The notes: generated from the letters alone by a model not told the origin. Shown: positions 46,310 to 59,000, counted from the stretch's first letter. The stretch: DNA of 64,000 nt from Rhodosorus marinus CCMP1338 (GCA_029953675.1 JAMWBK010000003.1:992001-1056000), one strand, 5' to 3'. Translations and numbers: made by a program.

Positions 46310-47087
46310 GGCTACGGTTTTGGCGGAAAGCCCGTATGGGCTACCGTTCTGCCCCAAAAGGCACGCATTTCTAGCATGTTCACCCATCAACGGAGAACTG
46401 ATACGTTGCCAAAAGCTATTGGCACGTTTGAAACGGTCTACCATGTTTCAGCTCTTGCTACGCCATGGAGATGGTTATGCGTACCGTATGATTTGGGACG
46501 GAGTTTCAAACTAGTGAAAATCCAAGGGAAGGAGCTCGCAAAAGGCAAACCCACAAACCGAGTGGCACTACTCGAGCCAACCACAAATACGCCGTGTCTC
46601 TTTGGCAATACCGGCGAAATCTTCGAAGGTGATTATCGAGAACCCTTTTTTATCATGCATACAGTACACACAATTTCTGTGAGAGCTATCAGTGTCGGGC
46701 TCTCTCCTTCCACATCATAACGTTCCTAAATATTTGCACGAATTCATCTTTACTCACAGAAAATTATCTCGCAAAACTTCAAAAATTAAAATATACTCCG
46801 TCCAGTGAGGAAAGAATTGGACTTCAGAACATCATTTTATGAAAAGTATTTATTAAATTGTAATAGTTTTACTCAAGAATCTGCATGGGAAATCCTGTGT
46901 GTGCGTTTATAATGGAATGGGAATTTCTTTTTGGGCGGCAGATTAGTAAGATAGTCATTGAGGAGGGTAGGCTTTGGCTTCGTGGTCGAAGCCGGTTTGG
47001 GGATGATGTTGGAGAGGTCTTGTTTTGGAATTGAAGGAGAAAAAGTGAGAGAGAGGAGACTTCGAAGAGCAGAAATAAGAACTGAAA

Positions 47088-48701
47088 ATGGGAAAAATTA
47101 ATGTAACGGGGCCTATTGTTGATGTACTTGTTAGGAAGAGTCCCGCAAAATCGGATGCTGAGGTTACGGAGCTCGATGTTCTGTACCAGGAGCACTACTT
47201 GAAGTTTATGCAGACGGATCAGAAGCTGAGTGACATATTGGAGAAGATTCAGGTATGATTCGTACAGCTGTTCGCATCTGCGTTGTGTTGCTTGGGTATT
47301 GGGAGGCCTGTGTTTGTGTTATATGGCTCTTCGTTCAGTGAGGAGACAAGTACATTAAGAATCTGTGGCGTGTTTATCTTTCTGGTTGTTTTTTAAAGGT
47401 CTATGAATCAAGTCTTCAGAATTTTATGGAAGCTAGCGCTGAGCTTTCGAAGACGGTGTCGTCTTTCTACAACAAACCAGAGGAGAGAGGAAAGCCGGCT
47501 GTGCAGCAGTTTCGAGTAGAGCACGAGCGACTGACGACGTCGTTTGATGAGACGTTGACCCCACTATTTAATCGAATAGTACGGGGACCAGTCGAGGAGG
47601 ACATTCAGGGTGACTTCAATCAAATCAAAGAGCTTGTGGATGGAAGAAACGATGCATACGCGGAGCTCGACAACTTGATGAAGCTTTCCAAGGTATTTTC
47701 TTCAAACTGATTCCTTCATCAGAGCGCAAGACCTGAGCTGCGCTTTATCGCGCCTAGAGCAACCGGCAAGATTGCTTTTCAGCTTGTCGTCAGGCGGACG
47801 ATCTTCCTCAAAGGAATGAAGTCGATGACCGGCACTCGCCTTTCTATCGTTAGGCGAAGTTCGGGACTATTCCCCCTGCGAACACTGAAGCTCTTGTGGG
47901 AGTTGAGCTTAGCGGCTCGCTTTAGTCTATCTGCTCTGGCTGTGTTTGTTGGTCTTCGGTTTTCCTTGAACAGACGGAGAGGAGAGCGTCTATCTTATAC
48001 CGTATTTAATCAGCCTGACAAAATTGGTTTGTGTTCATTTGCATCTTCCAGCTTCTTACTGCGTTTCGTGGCGGCTCGAGGAACCATGAGAATATGGATA
48101 GGAGAATCAAGGAATCGAAGGACAGACTTTCCTTTCTACACAGCGAGGTGATGCAACGTTTCGATGTACTGGAGCGGAACTTCGGGAAAAGGCTATATGA
48201 GTGCATCAAGAATCTCGTGCACTTTGAGAATGAGTACGCCCAGATCCTGGCTGTGAGCACTGAAAAGTCCCTGAACATCATCGGATCTGGTGAGGATTTG
48301 CTCAACGGAGAGGCGAGGTTTGAGGATAAAGTTTACACCCCGCAAGCTTCTCTGAGGGGTGAGCTCATGACCGGTAAGTCAGGTTTCCAAGGTGAGCCTT
48401 CGCACTCAGGGTTATGCCGCTTACTATTTGTGCTGTTGAACACCCAGAAGTGGAAACATGGGACGAGAAGGAGCTGCTAAGAGGAGCAAAGCAAGCGATT
48501 CAATCCAGCGACCTCGATTCTGCAGACTTTCTTTCAGCCAAAGCACCGGAGTCTGAGGACGGCAATCTGAAGTCAGCAGATGAGATGAAATTCACCCCCG
48601 CTACCCCCAACCCAAAAAGTGATCCAGAATCTATACAATCGTCAAACGCCTACAATTCTGCGAGAACTGCCCTGGAGGCTCTAGCTCAATCGGGAGAGTG
48701 A
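47088..48701 (+). CDS. Coiled-coil protein, probable BAR-domain family (4 exons)
   Basis: Spliced helical product MGKINVTG..KLSDILEKIQ|VYESSLQNF..PLFNRIVRGPV..IKELVDGRNDAYAELDNLMKLSK|..RIKESKDRLSFLHSEVMQRFDVLE, followed by a disordered tail. Confidence 0.6.
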
Positions 48702-49619
48702 CCGTCGTGCTAGTTGGCAGTCGCTTTAAGGTTTTCAACGTTTTCGTTCTTGCCTTCTGGCTGCTCCATACGCATCATTCAATCTGGATAGAGTTCCAAT
48801 CCCTGTCTGTCTTCGGCAATGGTCTCCGATGAAGAATGCAGCCGTTGCTTTGAACGGGGATGTGCTTTTATTCCCACTAAGCCGACAGAGCGTTTTCTGG
48901 GGTTCCCATGCTGTGTTGAGGACCCCTTTGCATTATGCGGAGTGCAGTACTGGAATACCATTCGAACAGACGAGCGCCGGTTTAACTCGTTTCCAAGACA
49001 TGGGCGACGCTTGAGTGCTCGAATGAAGAGCTCGTCTTCCGCCGCCTCTGAACCTGAGAATATTTGTGACGCGGAGGTGTTAGATTTGGACATGTGGCAT
49101 CATGAGTTTACGATTGCGCTTTGCCTGAGAAACCGTAGAAGCAATTGTTGGTCTTTGAGGTAGATTCTTGGCAGCCTGAGTGGTTGGCCGACTTTGGGAT
49201 GGTTCGAGCGGAGCTCTTCTGTACAGGAAAACGACGCAGGCGGTGAACAGCTCCCTCTGATTTTGAGCTGAGCTCAGTCGTCATTATATATCTATATAAA
49301 AGTATGTTCTAACTCTCGTTGATGGGTATTCGTTGCTGACAAAACCACGAAACCCAATACCAATATCATCTTGCTCACAACGATTTGGGGGACTCTCTCA
49401 TGTCTCCCTCTCACAGAAGCATGTGTCCCAACTAAACATGGCACTTTCGCCTCTCTCAACGAATTGTTTTCTCTCTATTCCGTCCTCCACACTCCCTATG
49501 CTCAGGCTTTTGGACAAAACCGCTCTTCAAGCAGTTCCATAGCACAAGCCATTCGCAAGTGGATGTCCACGGGCCACACTCTTCCAAGCAGTTTTGTATC
49601 AGAAACTATACAGTGGGCA

Positions 49620-50330
49620 GTTGTCTACAGATCTCTTGAGAACGTTTACGACCACAAACATTTCAATAGCAAAATTGCTCTTCTCGTTTCATCGTCCACG
49701 CTCCAAACCCTCCAGCAATCCATTGAAATCCATTCAGCAAGGGTCATCGGATCTCTCACGAAACAACACCACAAAGTCACTTTGGGAGTATGGGGTATGG
49801 GGTGGGTTACCAGCTGATCTCTTGAGACCGCTGTCAGACACAACCGATATCATAGAACTTTTCAAGCGATCTCGCTCTCCCTCGTTACGTCGTCTACTCT
49901 CCTAACCATCCAGTAATCCATTGGAATCCACTCAGCAAAGTTATCGGATCTGCCCCTCAGCTGCACAAAAAAAAATTGACAGACGAAGTCAGTTTGGGTG
50001 CGTGGGCTATGGGGTGGGTTGCCAGCTGATCTCTAGACGTCCTTTGCCTAACACAACCGATATAATAGAACTTCTGAAGTGATCTCGCTCTTCCCCATTC
50101 TGTCGTCCACTCTCCTAACCCTCTTGCAATCCAATAAAATCCGTTTTAAGTCAACCGATTTCACTCGCACCCATACAATAGAATCCTTCATTGTGCGGGA
50201 AAGGGGTAAGCTTTTCAACGGATCTCTTGAGACCTTAGTCTATTACAGAACATTCCATAATAGTTCTGAAGCGATCGTGCTCGCCTTCTCCATTCCATTC
50301 TCCACTCTTCCGTTCAAATCCATTCGGCAG
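49620..50330. repeat. Degenerate tandem repeat of about 195 bp x4, upstream of the SPX-EXS gene
   Basis: GATCTCT(TG)AGA anchors at 49630, 49816, 50028 and 50221. Shared ACACAACCGATAT.ATAGAACTT, GATCTCGCTCT and ATCCATTG.AATCCA blocks. Confidence 0.88.
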
Positions 50331-50755
50331 GCCGTCAAAGGACCAGCACTTTAGACATTCACGGCGGAAAAAGTCTATTTTTGGGGTCAGGCGGTAGACG
50401 GTATTCTGGAGGATCTCCTGGTGGACGGTATGCAGGAGTGTGAGGAAGAAGACGAGAGATGAGAATGTCTGAAGGCAGAAGACGACGGATGAAAGCATTC
50501 TGAAAGCAGAAGAAGCTGCTAATGAATGGGAACTGGATTACTCTATATTTTTCTTTGGTGTCTGGGTGTGGTTGAATTTAGACGAACGGATTGTTCTTTG
50601 TGGTGAGGAAGAAGAACGACAGATGAGAAAGGTCTGAAAGGAGAAGAGGCTGCTGATAAATAGAACTGGACTAGTCGTAGAAGAAGTCTTGGGTTGAGAG
50701 ATCAGAAAGTATGGAAAGATGAGCAGTCGATGGATGAGTGCTGGGACTTGAGAAA

Positions 50756-53183
50756 ATGGATCATTTGGATACGTTTGAACATTTCGTAGTTGCGGAATGG
50801 AGGACTTCATATGCTGATCGTCATGAGCTTGAGGTGGCGTTTGGGCCTCTTCTTGGGGGGGATCTCGTACCTGAACTCAAGAAAGATCCATACGAAGGGT
50901 TTGACGTTGATGAGTATGTTGGCCGAAATCCGGGTCTGCGACCTCATGACAAGCCCCCGTCTTATACGAAGCTAGATGGTACGGATCGAGGAGCAGCGGT
51001 TGGGAGGGTTGAGTCGAACATGGAAGCGACCAGACTGAACACTGGCTCCCAGAATCGTCCTCCAACTCCAGATGGAGTACACAGAACTTCGTCGAGAGGA
51101 AGTATCTCTGAGATGATCCCGTTATTGCGCTTCTGGAAGCCTGATGTTGATGAGGAAGGTGGACATGACGTCTTCAATCAAGCGCTCATGGTGTTTGTGA
51201 AGAATGTTGAGAAAGTCGCCTGTTTTTACCAGAGGCATCTTCATGAGTTCGAGGAAAATCTTGAGCTTTTGAGGCAGTCCGTGGCGAAGAGGTCCAGACA
51301 AGGTCGACAACTGCGCTCCGCGGGATCTCCGACAAATCAGCATTCGCCGGACATCGAAGGACAGTCCATTCAAAGAGCCTACGTCGATCTGTACAGGCAT
51401 TCCAAGTTTCTGGAGGCCTATGCTGGATTGAACTATACTCTTCTAATGTCTTTCTCTAGACCGGTACGGTATCACCGAGAGATATTGAGCCTTGTTTCAC
51501 TTTCCTGCCCAAAGCTAACCGCTTATAACGTCCTTGATACAGGTCTCTTTGGTCCTTACGGAGTACCTGGAGAGGCAAAAGTTTTGCAAAATGGAGGCGC
51601 TACGTGACTTGATCAACGCCGAAGAGCTTACCTACGCGGAGACCTTCCACTCGTTGAACCTTACCGAGGCGAGGACAGCGCTACTCTTGAAGCAGACTCA
51701 AGCCTTTTCCGTTGAAAAGTATCAATTCGGGTTCTACATCGGGGTATGCATGACTTTGATGGTGTGGCTATTCTGGGATGCTACAGTTGACAACGCACGA
51801 CTTTGGCGGGACGGTACAATCTTCAGCACCGCGGCCTTCCCACTGTTTCGGGGACTTTCGTCATTTATCATGATCCAGTGGGCCTGGGCCGTATCCTGCT
51901 ATGTTTGGTCGAGATACAGGATTAACTACATCTACATGTTCCAGCTGGACCCAGGGATCCTGCCGAGCGTCGAGGAGAGCTTCTCAGATGCGACGAAGGG
52001 GACAGTGGTCTGCTTCGTGTGCATTCTTTTGTACTTCAAGACGGTCCTTGGAACGTTCCCTCAATGGTTCAAACCGGGCATCTACCCGCTGATACTCGTC
52101 TGCTACATCCTCTCCAAGCTGACGTTTTCTTCGAATCCGTTTCTAATGTACACAACAAAGGTCGTGGCATCGGTGAGCTGATTTAGGAACCAAATTCCTG
52201 GCTCAGGAGCATGAGTTTTCCTCACCAGTGCTTCTCATTTCCCTTCTCACACTTCACAGACATTTGTTGCGCCGTTCACAGAAGTTTCCTTCTTCTCCAT
52301 CTTCATTGGAGACTGGCTGACGTCCCTAGGAAGACCTGGAGTGGATCTGGCCTATGCCGTCTGCTACTTTAGCTCTGGTGTCTTTCTAGCCGAGGAGTCG
52401 GGAGAGGTTCTCGCGACGACGTTTGCCAACCCGTGTCATGATAGTGAAGTCTCAAAGTATATCATCTATCCGATTATCTGTGGATTACCGTTGTGGTTCC
52501 GTTTCCTGCAATGTCTCAGGCGGACATACGACAGCGGAGAGCGATATCCCAACCTACTTAACGCGGTCAAGTACTCACTCGCAATGATCGTGGTATTTCT
52601 TGGTGCCTTCCATGGGTTCGATCGCACGAGCAGGAGCCACCTCTTTGCTGCCCTGTGGATTCTGCTTTTCGCCCTATCTGGTTTCTTCTCCTTCGTCTGG
52701 GATGTGCTGATTGACTGGGGGCTAGGAAGGCCAGAGTATGGATTCCTATCTGATAAGCTTCTGTACGGTAGACGAGAATACTACTATTTGGCGATTGTGA
52801 CGGATTTCTTCCTCCGTTTCTCGTGGCTGCTCACCCTTGTGGGAGCTGCCAATGCAAAGTATTTGGGATTGTCCTTTCTCCCGGAGGGAAACGCAGTAGT
52901 TCTGCTGCAGACGGTGATTGAGATCGCGGAGGTCTTCAGGCGAACGATGTGGGGTTTTTTCAGACTTGAAAATGAACATCTCAGGAATACGCTCCGTTTC
53001 CGAGATTCGAACTTCATTCCACTGCACTTCGACCAAGTCTACAACTGCGATAAGAAACTGACAGAGAGCCAAGATGCCAGCACGGGAGGAGGTGTACCGG
53101 CGCTGGAGCTCATCACTCTTGCGATCCTCGTAATTGGTTTTTCAGCCGTTGTCATAAGCAGCAGATTCATCACGGGACTCTAA
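50756..53183 (+). CDS. SPX-EXS protein (PHO1/XPR1/SYG1 family phosphate exporter homolog), 3 exons
   Basis: SPX remnants AEWRTSY, VEKVACFY, AYAGLNYT. The EXS part is well conserved: W..YRINY.YMF, IGDWLTSL, PLWFRFLQCLRR, NAVKYS, WDVLIDWGL, LRFSW, EVFRRTMWGFFRLENEHLRN. Confidence 0.92.
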
Positions 53184-53789
53184 ACATATGAACCTTTGTC
53201 GTGGTTGTGACTACGACCCCAGTTCAAGAATTCGTAGTGCATATAGTATTGGACAGAAGCGCTTCATGGGCAAAGACCTAACGAGGCGAGACACTTGATC
53301 CTTTTTATCCACAAGAATAGCTACTAGTAAAGTATCTTAAGTAATATGGCACGAGTGGAGAAAGTTGGATTGGAAAAACGTTCCATGCAACTTGTATCAA
53401 CATGCGGAGAATGATAGAGGGTGGCTGACGATCCTTCAGACCTAAACAGAATTAGTGCATCTCCACTAGAAGAACAAAACTCTGATCATATTGACACTTA
53501 AGAATACCTCTTGCCACCCGTGAAGAGAGCCGGAGCCAAGAGAAGTGCGATTTCGATTTGGGGTTCTTTCCTACACGTAGTACAAGAAAATCTATCCACG
53601 AGCAAAAGTAATGAATGTGATGCGGTGATGTTATGTTCGTAGCAGCCGATAATCGTGTTCTAGGACGCAAAACTATTGATCAAAGCCATAAATGAACCCG
53701 CATCATCATCAGTATTTGACTGGCTTGGAAAAGAAAACCGTGGTTCTCGTGTCTCGGTATTCCGCGAAGTTCATACTCGCACCATCGTC

Positions 53790-54545
53790 TTGAGCAATGT
53801 TGAGCTGGTTCTTGATTTTCATACCCTCCAGTTGACTTTGTGCTGCGTGAGATCGCTTGTTAAAAACCAGCCCAGTCATCTCCCTGATGGCCATCAGCTG
53901 CCATTCGTTCAGAATCGCAAGTTCAGTCGTTGAGAACCTTGAGATTGTCTGGTGAGGAAGCCCTCAGTGCTAATGCAGGAGCTGAGTTGGTATTTCATTT
54001 CCGTCTCCTTCAGCTGACTTTGTGCTCCTTGAGAGCTTCTTGTCTAAAACCACCTTAGTCGTCGCCCTGATGGGCATCAGTTGGCATTCGTTCGGAATAC
54101 AAGTCCAGTCGTTGAGGAGCTCGAGATTCTTTAGCACGGTGTGGAAGCCTTCAGTGCTAATCGAGGAGCTGAGCTGGTTAGTCATTCCCGTCTCCTCCAA
54201 CTGACTTTGTGCTCTTTGAGATCTTCTCGTCTAAAACCACCTTAGTCGTCTGCCAGATTGCCATCAGCTGGCATTCGTTCGGAGTAGATGTATAGTCGCT
54301 CATGAGCTCGAGCTGTTTGAGGTGGTGAGCAAACCGTTTGTAGCTAATCGACGAGCTGAGCTGGCTATTCATTCACGTCTCCTCCAGTTGACTTTGTGCT
54401 CCTTGAGAGCTTCTCCTCTAAAACCAACTAAGTCGCCTGCCTGGCCAAATATAAGTTGACATTCGTTCAGTATGGAAATGAGGTCGTTGAGGAGCTAGCG
54501 GGCTTCCCAGCTCGAGATTGTTTGAGATGGTGAGGAAGACCTTGT
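53790..54545. repeat. 187-bp tandem repeat x4, downstream of the SPX-EXS gene
   Basis: TGACTTTGTGCT anchors at 53833, 54015, 54202 and 54389 (spacing 182/187/187). Shared CTAAAACCACCTTAGTCG, CATTCGTTC and GAGCTGAGCTGG. Confidence 0.95.
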
Positions 54546-54824
54546 GGTAGGAGTGGGAGCTAATACTGCTGGAACGAAGTTAGATCTGATGATAGTAGAA
54601 GTAGAGATTAATTGGACCAAGTGTTGAGTGGATGGGTGGTGAGGTTGTCAAGTCTCTTTGCCGGAAGGAGGAAGCAATTGACTGGGATTTGTGATTAAGA
54701 CCTGAGCTGGGGCTGGAGGAGAAGGCAATGGGGAGGATGTGGTGGGGAAGGAAAGGTTTGGATGAGTTTGGAGAGTTAGGAGCGATGTTTTAGATCCTTT
54801 TTGGGTCTGGTGTTGAGATAAGTT

Positions 54825-55508
54825 ATGCTACTGTTTGTTGGTTCGATTGGGGGATTTGCGCGGTCCACTCGAACGGGGCGAGTGGCAAGGCATTGTTCAC
54901 AAGATGTTGCGGAAGAGGGTGGGAAAGGGAACACGGCGAGGAGGGAGAAAATGAAGGCGCTTTGGAGTGACCCGGAATGGAGAGCGAGAGTGTTGGCGAA
55001 AAGGCGTTCGCGAGCGGCGATTGAGAAGCAGTCGAAATCGATGTCGAAGAAATGGGAGGATGACGAGTTTCGGACCAAGGTGCAGGAATCTTTGAAGGGC
55101 AAGGAACCCTGGAACAAGGGTGTCCCGATGCCCGACGAGACTAAGAGAAGGATATCTGTTGTTCTGCGTGGTTCTCAAAAGAGTCCAGAGACCAGAGCGA
55201 AAATGTCCCAAGCCAAGCAATCCGTCCCGATGTCACAGGAGGGTAAGAACCTAATTTCGAATCAGAAGCGCGGGAAGACGAAGGACTACTACAAATTGAA
55301 AAGTGATTACGAATTACTGAAGAACGATCTACAACTCTGGGCCGATTCTCACCGCCTGAAGACCGGTAGACCCATGCGTGAGAAGGACATCAACAGTTTG
55401 GTTAAGCAATCGCACCTTTTGACAAAAATCAAAAAGTATCTTGAGCTCAAGGGAGAGCTCATCAAGTATGACTCTCGCTACGAGCATGACGATCCTATCA
55501 TTAGATGA
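54825..55508 (+). CDS. Intronless NUMOD3/IENR2-motif protein with a transit-like N-terminus and a helical C-terminal motif
   Basis: MLLFVGSIGGFARS start; KGKEPWNKGVPMPDETKRRIS..SPETRAKMSQAK (NUMOD3 repeats); no GIY-YIG nuclease motif seen. Confidence 0.8.
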   Translation: MLLFVGSIGGFARSTRTGRVARHCSQDVAEEGGKGNTARREKMKALWSDPEWRARVLAKRRSRAAIEKQSKSMSKKWEDDEFRTKVQESLKGKEPWNKGVPMPDETKRRISVVLRGSQKSPETRAKMSQAKQSVPMSQEGKNLISNQKRGKTKDYYKLKSDYELLKNDLQLWADSHRLKTGRPMREKDINSLVKQSHLLTKIKKYLELKGELIKYDSRYEHDDPIIR

Positions 55509-56021
55509 ACTTTTGGGTTTTGCTACCTCTATCCAAAGGCGGGATTGTGTAAAATTAATTTATAGCCGTACGAGATCGAGTGAGGGAGTAACTGTGCTGT
55601 GAGCGGATCGATTACCCATCGTGGATTCACGCGCGTTTTTTAAAAAAAATCAAAAATCTTTCTGTTTTTACTCACTCGGAGTGCCATCGCCATGTGTCTC
55701 CATGAAAATTCTGCAGAAGATTACCTAGAAAACCACCTAACAGAACCGTCCCAGGACAAACCTGGTCTACGGCCCCTCGTTCCGGTTAACCCCAGATGCG
55801 AGCTCTGACATAGAACCTCAGTTTAACATTTACACGAACTTTCAACGATCCTCCCATACGAAATTTGGCAACCGTGTCCGCCGTTACTGCGTAATTGCAG
55901 GGAATTTTGTCAGGTTAAGGCCTGATCCACGTTCTGCTCCTGACTGGCCCTCCGACTCAGGCCAACGTGAAGACCGTTCCGCGAAAGATTCTACTTGTGA
56001 GAGGGAGGATTGTGATCTTCA

Positions 56022-59000
56022 TCACTGCGATTGGTTCTGCTCTTGTCTCTTCTTCGCTGCTACCCTCTCTCGCCATCCACCCTCTGAAGTCCACAAAGGA
56101 GAAGCTGACGACGTAAGCACTTTTGTAAACAATAACCTGAATCGCTTTCTGCCAACTGACCTATCTTCTTCCCGAAAAGAGCCGGTGCGTGGGGCTTTGC
56201 CTGCTCTCCCCCCTGTGAAGGCGTATCTACTGGAGTTCCCGCTGCTATCAAGCATGAGTCAAAGTAGAATGAGGTCCTTAGCAGTTGACGATGGGCATAG
56301 CGTAGCATGTTGTGCGCACTTACCTCTCTGCGGGGGTGCGTATGGGGCAGCCCGAGGAGCTGCTGCAGTGGGCTTAACTGGAACATCACTAGGCTCATTG
56401 GATGGGATGTTCTCCGGCTCTCTGGCTTTCGCAAGCTCCACTTCGCGCTTCGCTGCTTCCTCGGCTGCCTTGGCCTCTTCCGCTCGCCACTGCTCCTCCT
56501 TGGCTCGCTGCTGCTCCTCCTCTAGCCTCTGCTCCTCTTCCTCTCTGCGCTGCTTTTCCCTAGCTTGCTCCTCACGCCGCCGTTCCTCACGCTGCCGCTC
56601 CTCCTCTTCTATGCGGAGCTGTGCTTCTCGCTCCTCCTTTTCTCTTAGCTCGACCGACAATTTTTCAAATCGCTCGTCCACGGTCTTCATCAGCTCATCC
56701 TTGAACATTTTAATAGTGTCCTTCTGCTCGACTAGCATGGCCTTCCTTGCTAAACCTTGCTCGTGTTCAGTTCTCCTCTTCACAATCAGTGCTTCCTTGC
56801 TTGCAGCATGATTTGCGAGCTGCGCAAATCAAACACAGAGAAAAGCACGGGGACGCCAGTGTTAAACTCCCTTGAAGAATTCACCCCTCCCAAATTTGTA
56901 AGAATCATTAGAACGAATGAACTACTTCACGTACCTGCTGTTCGCAGCGAATGTTCCATACTGCAGCCATAAGGGGCTTATTCTCTTCCCGTAAGGCGCG
57001 TTCAAGGAAGTCGAACTTCTCAACGAAAACGGCAACTTTCTTCTCCGCTTCCCGTTGAGCTCGGATCTCCTCCTCCTTCTCCTTCTCCAGTTGTATCCTC
57101 TGTTTCTCGAAGGAGTCCTCAGGCTCTTCCGCTGCCTGTGCTGCCTCCTGATCAGCGCCAAGTTGTCGGCGCTGCTGTTCCTCCTGCTCTTTCGTTCTCT
57201 GTCGCTCTCGATCCCGTTGCTCCTGCTCTTCCCGCTGGCGAGTCCGTTCGTAGTCATCTCGTTTCTTCTTTGCAATGGCGGCCTGACGTTGCATCTCAGC
57301 CTGTTAAACACAGAAAAGGTGGTCAGTCTCACAACATGTATTCGCGGTTTTCGCGAATGGTCAGAGGTTTCATCTTCTCAAGCGGGTTTGTGCTTACCGC
57401 ATGTGACTGTCTCTCCTGTTCTTCTTTCCTGAGCTCAATGATGTTCTTCCGTCGTAGATTTTCATCCTGTTCAGTGGCGGACATCGCCCGCGCCATCTGG
57501 ATGGCAGTGGTCCTTCTGGCTTGCAATTCCACTTCAGCGTTGGCAAAGCTCGGAAGCTTCCACATCTTCGACGCAACCTCCAGTCGCTTGCCAAGATTCA
57601 TCAGCTGTTCTTTCATTGCTGAGGTTGAGAATAGGGAGGACTCGAAAATGATACAGTCATATTGGTGGTCGAACCGGATACTGAGACTACCGGCTTTCAG
57701 AGCTTCCAACGCAGTTCTCTCAACCTGGACAAGACAGGAACTGATTCGATTAGAGCCATGCAACCCTTGCCCCGGTGTCTGAAGCAGCGCCCAGTGAGTC
57801 TTACCTCAGCAACTGTTGTAAACGAGGCGACCCTTCCAACCTCGGAGACTTTCATCACATTGTATACTTTGCCCAACTGTTCCAACAGCCTGAATACCGC
57901 GATACGCTTAAGGGGCTCCGCGTAGTCAGCGAGTACTGGGTTGTTAGCCACGAACTCAAGCGCGGGTTTTAAGCGCTGAGACAACTTCAGTGGCTCCATT
58001 TCCACTTCAAGTATTGGGACCAAGACTTTCACCTCCTCGTGGCAAACTTCAAGTATATTTTTCTGACGAATGTCGTCAATCAACGTTGATCGCAATGCGG
58101 GTGTACTATACCTGTGAGATTCAAAACGACGGGAGCGATCGCGGGATGTTAGCACGATCTAGTATTTCACGTTTTCCTCAGTTCCCGATAAGTGTCATTT
58201 AGCCTAGAGCATACCCAAGAATGGCTGCCATCCTCGCATGTCGAGCGGCGTTCTCCCCCGCGGCGTCCCCGGCGTGGTTGAGTCCAATACTGTCCGCAAG
58301 AATTGCGCTATGAGCATCAAATGGCGGTACACAAAGCGAAGCCAGGAGAAGCCTCGTGGCCATATTCTTCGCCTCCTCCGCAGATAGGCTCTTATTTTGT
58401 TTGATATTCAAGGAGTAGAGCTTGTAGAGGGCATGCGCATGATAGAGGTAGTTCTTCGACATCCAGAAGACCTGCGTCAGACGCTCATAGTAGATGCCCA
58501 TGGTTTGGGCTTTAGGCATCTTCTTCGCAAGGGAGATAAGCATATGGATGTCCTCAATAGTCCTGTACGCCTCCTGCCAATTCCGAAGCTCGACCGAGGA
58601 CTGCAATTGCAGGAACCTCGTTTCCAAGAAATTCTGCGTCGTTTCTGGATTTGACAGCTGCACATCGTTCGCATTCTTCTGCTGCGGCCTAGTTAGGTAG
58701 CTGAGGTGCTGGCGAAGGATATCACAAAGGCGACGAAATTCGGAGAATCGGTTGTGCTTTTGGCAAAAGGCAAACGCTTGCTTTGCCATGTCATGATAGC
58801 AGGTCTCTAGCTTGGAGTGGAACTTAACGATATCCAGCACCACCCGAAAGACTTCCCACATGAACTTCATCCAAGGTACGACCACCTACATTCACATGGT
58901 CAAAACGTATGGATCAGTGGTTCGCGTTCTGTATGTCCATCAGTTCCCATTCAATCTAGGAGCACCCCAAGGTTCCCCTCAAGGGCTACAAACAATTCTA

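Noticed and set aside
48779-49163. Overlapping 104-114 aa ORFs downstream of the BAR-like gene
   Set aside because: No recognisable motif and no purine-rich leader; probably 3' flank noise.
50430-50690. GATGA...CTGA motifs resembling C/D boxes
   Set aside because: The boxes are only about 10 nt apart inside a short degenerate purine-rich duplication, too short for snoRNAs.
43190-54545. CRISPR-like interpretation of the repeat arrays
   Set aside because: Units are 130-300 bp, degenerate and lack unique constant-length spacers; there are no cas genes and the context is eukaryotic.
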